A stretch of 64,000 bases of DNA from an uncultured delta proteobacterium (GTDB lineage Bacteria; Myxococcota_A; Polyangia; Polyangiales; Polyangiaceae), in NCBI GenBank assembly GCA_963850305.1, contig CAWKKR010000008.1:320001-384000 (forward strand). The letters are read 5' to 3'. A program made the position numbers and the translations under genes. A model generated the notes under the pieces. That model was not told where the DNA came from, did not search any database, and worked only from the letters and a program-made list of their open reading frames with translations. Positions within the stretch are counted from its first letter, which is position 1. Each line of letters starts with the position of its first letter. Of the stretch, positions 62,247 through 64,000 are shown one piece after another.

Positions 62247-62302
62247 GTGCGCGGCGCTCGTTTCGTCGCTCGGGGACGATGCGCGCGTCGAAGCTGGATG
62301 AC

Positions 62303-62716
62303 TCACTTCGGGCAGCGGCCGGCGACGAGGCACGCATCGAACCAGCACTCGAGAGTCACGAGCTCATCCGACGGCAGCGGCGGTAGGGGCGCCGGTGGCA
62401 TCACACAGGTCGATGCCTGTTCTTGCGCCGTCGTCCAGAGGGTCCGGTTACTGTTGCAGGCGTTGTAGCTATCGAGCCGCCGGGTGGGATTGGGATTCTC
62501 GCCGCCGGCCTTGTGGCAGCCGGCGCAGTTCCCGTTCAGGATCGGCGCGACGTCCTTCGCGTAACTCGGTGGCGTCGCCGGACATTCGGTTTTCGGTCGC
62601 ACGGGGCACGTCTCGACGCCCGCTTCCCCGCCGAGATAGCCGCGGCCATCGCCCGTGTTCGCCGAGGAGCACGACGCGCAGGTCGCGAGAACGACGCAGA
62701 CGATGAGGCGGCGCAT
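62303..62716 (-). CDS. Small c-type cytochrome lipoprotein
   Basis: LATCASC lipobox; YAKDVAPILNGNCAGCH; VMPP. Confidence 0.82.
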   Translation of the reverse strand: MRRLIVCVVLATCASCSSANTGDGRGYLGGEAGVETCPVRPKTECPATPPSYAKDVAPILNGNCAGCHKAGGENPNPTRRLDSYNACNSNRTLWTTAQEQASTCVMPPAPLPPLPSDELVTLECWFDACLVAGRCPK

Positions 62717-63432
62717 CAGTCACACTCCGGTGCGGTGGCCGTCGCTGCGGCGGGCAGGACCCACAGATGGCCGGGCGAGGACGCGCTCTCCGGATTCACG
62801 TGGCAGCCATTGCACGAGCCGTCGCGCATCTCGGTCTTCATGACCTCGTCGTCGTCCCCGAGCGTGAGGGCGGCCCTTGCCGGAAAGGTCGGCTCGAACT
62901 CGCGCTGGGGTACCCAGAAGTTCCCGGCGCAATTCGACGTGGTCTCGAAGGTCCGGTTCTTTTGATCGACGATGCGCACGGTCACGCCTTCCGCGACCAC
63001 GTCAGGGGCCAGCTGCGCGTACACGGTACCCCCGAGCGACATGACGAACGAGGACGGCCCCTCGCCGCCGTGACACGTCAGACAAGGTTGCCCGGGGCGG
63101 TGCGTTGGCCCCGCGGGCACTCCGGGCGCCTCGGGGCCGAGCGCGTCGACCGCGGAGTCATGCACCGGATCCGCGCAGCCCACGACGAGCACGATGAGTA
63201 GTACTAGGAAAGGGGGGCCTTGCCCCCCGCGGCTCGCTTCGCGACCGCTCCCCCCGCCGCCTTCGGCGGGCTCGCTCCGCTCGTTTCGTAATGGGGGCCT
63301 TGCCCCCGCGGCTCGCTTCGCGACCGCTCCCCCGCCGCCTTCGGCGGGCTCGCTCCGCTCGCGTAGTTCCGCAGCTCTTTGATCCTTCGGGGACGACGCT
63401 GCTCGTCCATGCGGAACTACTAAGCGGATCAA
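62716..63432 (-). CDS. Di-haem (2 x CXXCH) lipoprotein with a 72-codon in-frame repeat insertion in its signal peptide
   Basis: HRPGQPCLTCH and GSCNGCH. TTG 63432 overlaps the upstream TGA. Removing the insert restores MIRLVLLIVLVVGC. Confidence 0.8.
   Translation of the reverse strand: MIRLVVPHGRAASSPKDQRAAELRERSEPAEGGGGAVAKRAAGARPPLRNERSEPAEGGGGSGREASRGGQGPPFLVLLIVLVVGCADPVHDSAVDALGPEAPGVPAGPTHRPGQPCLTCHGGEGPSSFVMSLGGTVYAQLAPDVVAEGVTVRIVDQKNRTFETTSNCAGNFWVPQREFEPTFPARAALTLGDDDEVMKTEMRDGSCNGCHVNPESASSPGHLWVLPAAATATAPECD
63202..63422. mobile_element. Non-autonomous MITE/REP-like insertion with a 5-bp direct repeat
   Basis: TACTA at 63202-63206 and 63418-63422 (216 bp apart). Contains two variant hairpin units and an 11-bp inverted repeat GTAGTTCCGCA/TGCGGAACTAC (63363-63373, 63410-63420). 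Confidence 0.72.
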
Positions 63433-63947
63433 GGCGTGCATACGGGGTTCTCGGGCGCTGCCGGTAACACGTTCGTGCAGCCCTGGGGTGCCGTGCCCGA
63501 GAGCCACGTGACGAGGCACTGATCGCCGGGGCTTCCCACGGGAAACACGATGCCTCCCTTGTGCGATTCCGTGCCGCGTGCTTTTCGGATGAGCGTGAGG
63601 CGCTCGGGATGGGCGCCGCCGGATTCGACCACCTCTGCCATCACCTCCGGCTCGAGCGCGACCGCGGAACGATAATCCGCGAGCACTTCCGCCGGCGTCG
63701 TCGGATTGCCGCAGGGAACGTCGGTCGCGCTCAAGCGAAGGCCCTGGCTTCCGTAGAGACGGAAGTTCCGCCCGAGGCTTCCGTGACAGTCGAGCGAGCC
63801 GCAGGAATAGTCGAGCGCGGGCGCGACGATCGCGAAGTTCGTCTCGCTCGGAGCATCCACCGTGAGGGTCTCGCCCTCGTAGGGGCTCGAACAGGCCGCG
63901 ACGAGGACGGCGAAGGCGAGTACGAGCTCCACGCGCGCCGCCATCAT
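63429..63947 (-). CDS. Lipoprotein with a CX4CH haem-like motif
   Basis: LVAAC lipobox; YSCGSLDCHG; LIRKARGTESHKGG; CLVTWL. Confidence 0.78.
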   Translation of the reverse strand: MMAARVELVLAFAVLVAACSSPYEGETLTVDAPSETNFAIVAPALDYSCGSLDCHGSLGRNFRLYGSQGLRLSATDVPCGNPTTPAEVLADYRSAVALEPEVMAEVVESGGAHPERLTLIRKARGTESHKGGIVFPVGSPGDQCLVTWLSGTAPQGCTNVLPAAPENPVCTP

Positions 63948-64000
63948 TCGAAGACTCCGTCCAGCCCGACCACGGCGGTCCCGGCGGTTCGTGACTTGAT
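63944..64000 (-). CDS. 3' end of an upstream gene (partial)
   Basis: ...IKSRTAGTAVVGLDGVFE* with an ATGA overlap to the next gene. Confidence 0.5.
   Translation of the reverse strand: MKSRTAGTAVVGLDGVFE

Noticed and set aside
61020..62348. Long minus-strand ORFs across the 71-bp array
   Set aside because: They are products of a stop-free GC-rich repeat and are antisense to a real lipoprotein gene.

Overview
Very GC-rich chromosomal segment. The gene content (PEGA/TPR, FG-GAP, FHA and Ser/Thr kinase proteins, many Cys-rich lipoproteins, a myxobacterial-type OMP barrel) points to a myxobacterium of Polyangiales/Sorangium type; this is inference. Housekeeping genes include glmS, atpF'-F-H-A-G (no atpD/atpC here), folK, a ClpA/C-type ATPase, ruvA, a MutT-type NUDIX, comF, dsbD and trmO. 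I see no rRNA, tRNA, CRISPR array or transposase. The best candidate for an undescribed system is a four-gene operon at 48130-52279: RegA-like response regulator, DyP peroxidase with an unexplained C-terminal tail, 6-TM histidine kinase, and a ComQ-like DDxxD prenyltransferase, with the last three genes translationally coupled. The layout resembles ComQXPA-type prenylated-signal quorum sensing. It is flanked by a non-RD Ser/Thr kinase and a PHM-like copper monooxygenase, and two frameshifts hide it in the ORF track. Other signals: (1) eight lesions in otherwise intact genes all fall at or beside GATC, a likely methylation footprint in long-read consensus; (2) a multi-hairpin repeat family forms a 10 x 71-bp tandem array and is also inserted in frame, with a 5-bp duplication, into a lipoprotein signal peptide; (3) an NtrC-type regulator lacks GAFTGA; (4) AtpA has a ~50-aa insertion; (5) a lipoprotein truncated haemoglobin sits next to a diguanylate cyclase and an RpoE-ChrR pair; (6) a broken HipA-like kinase/DUF3037 pair.
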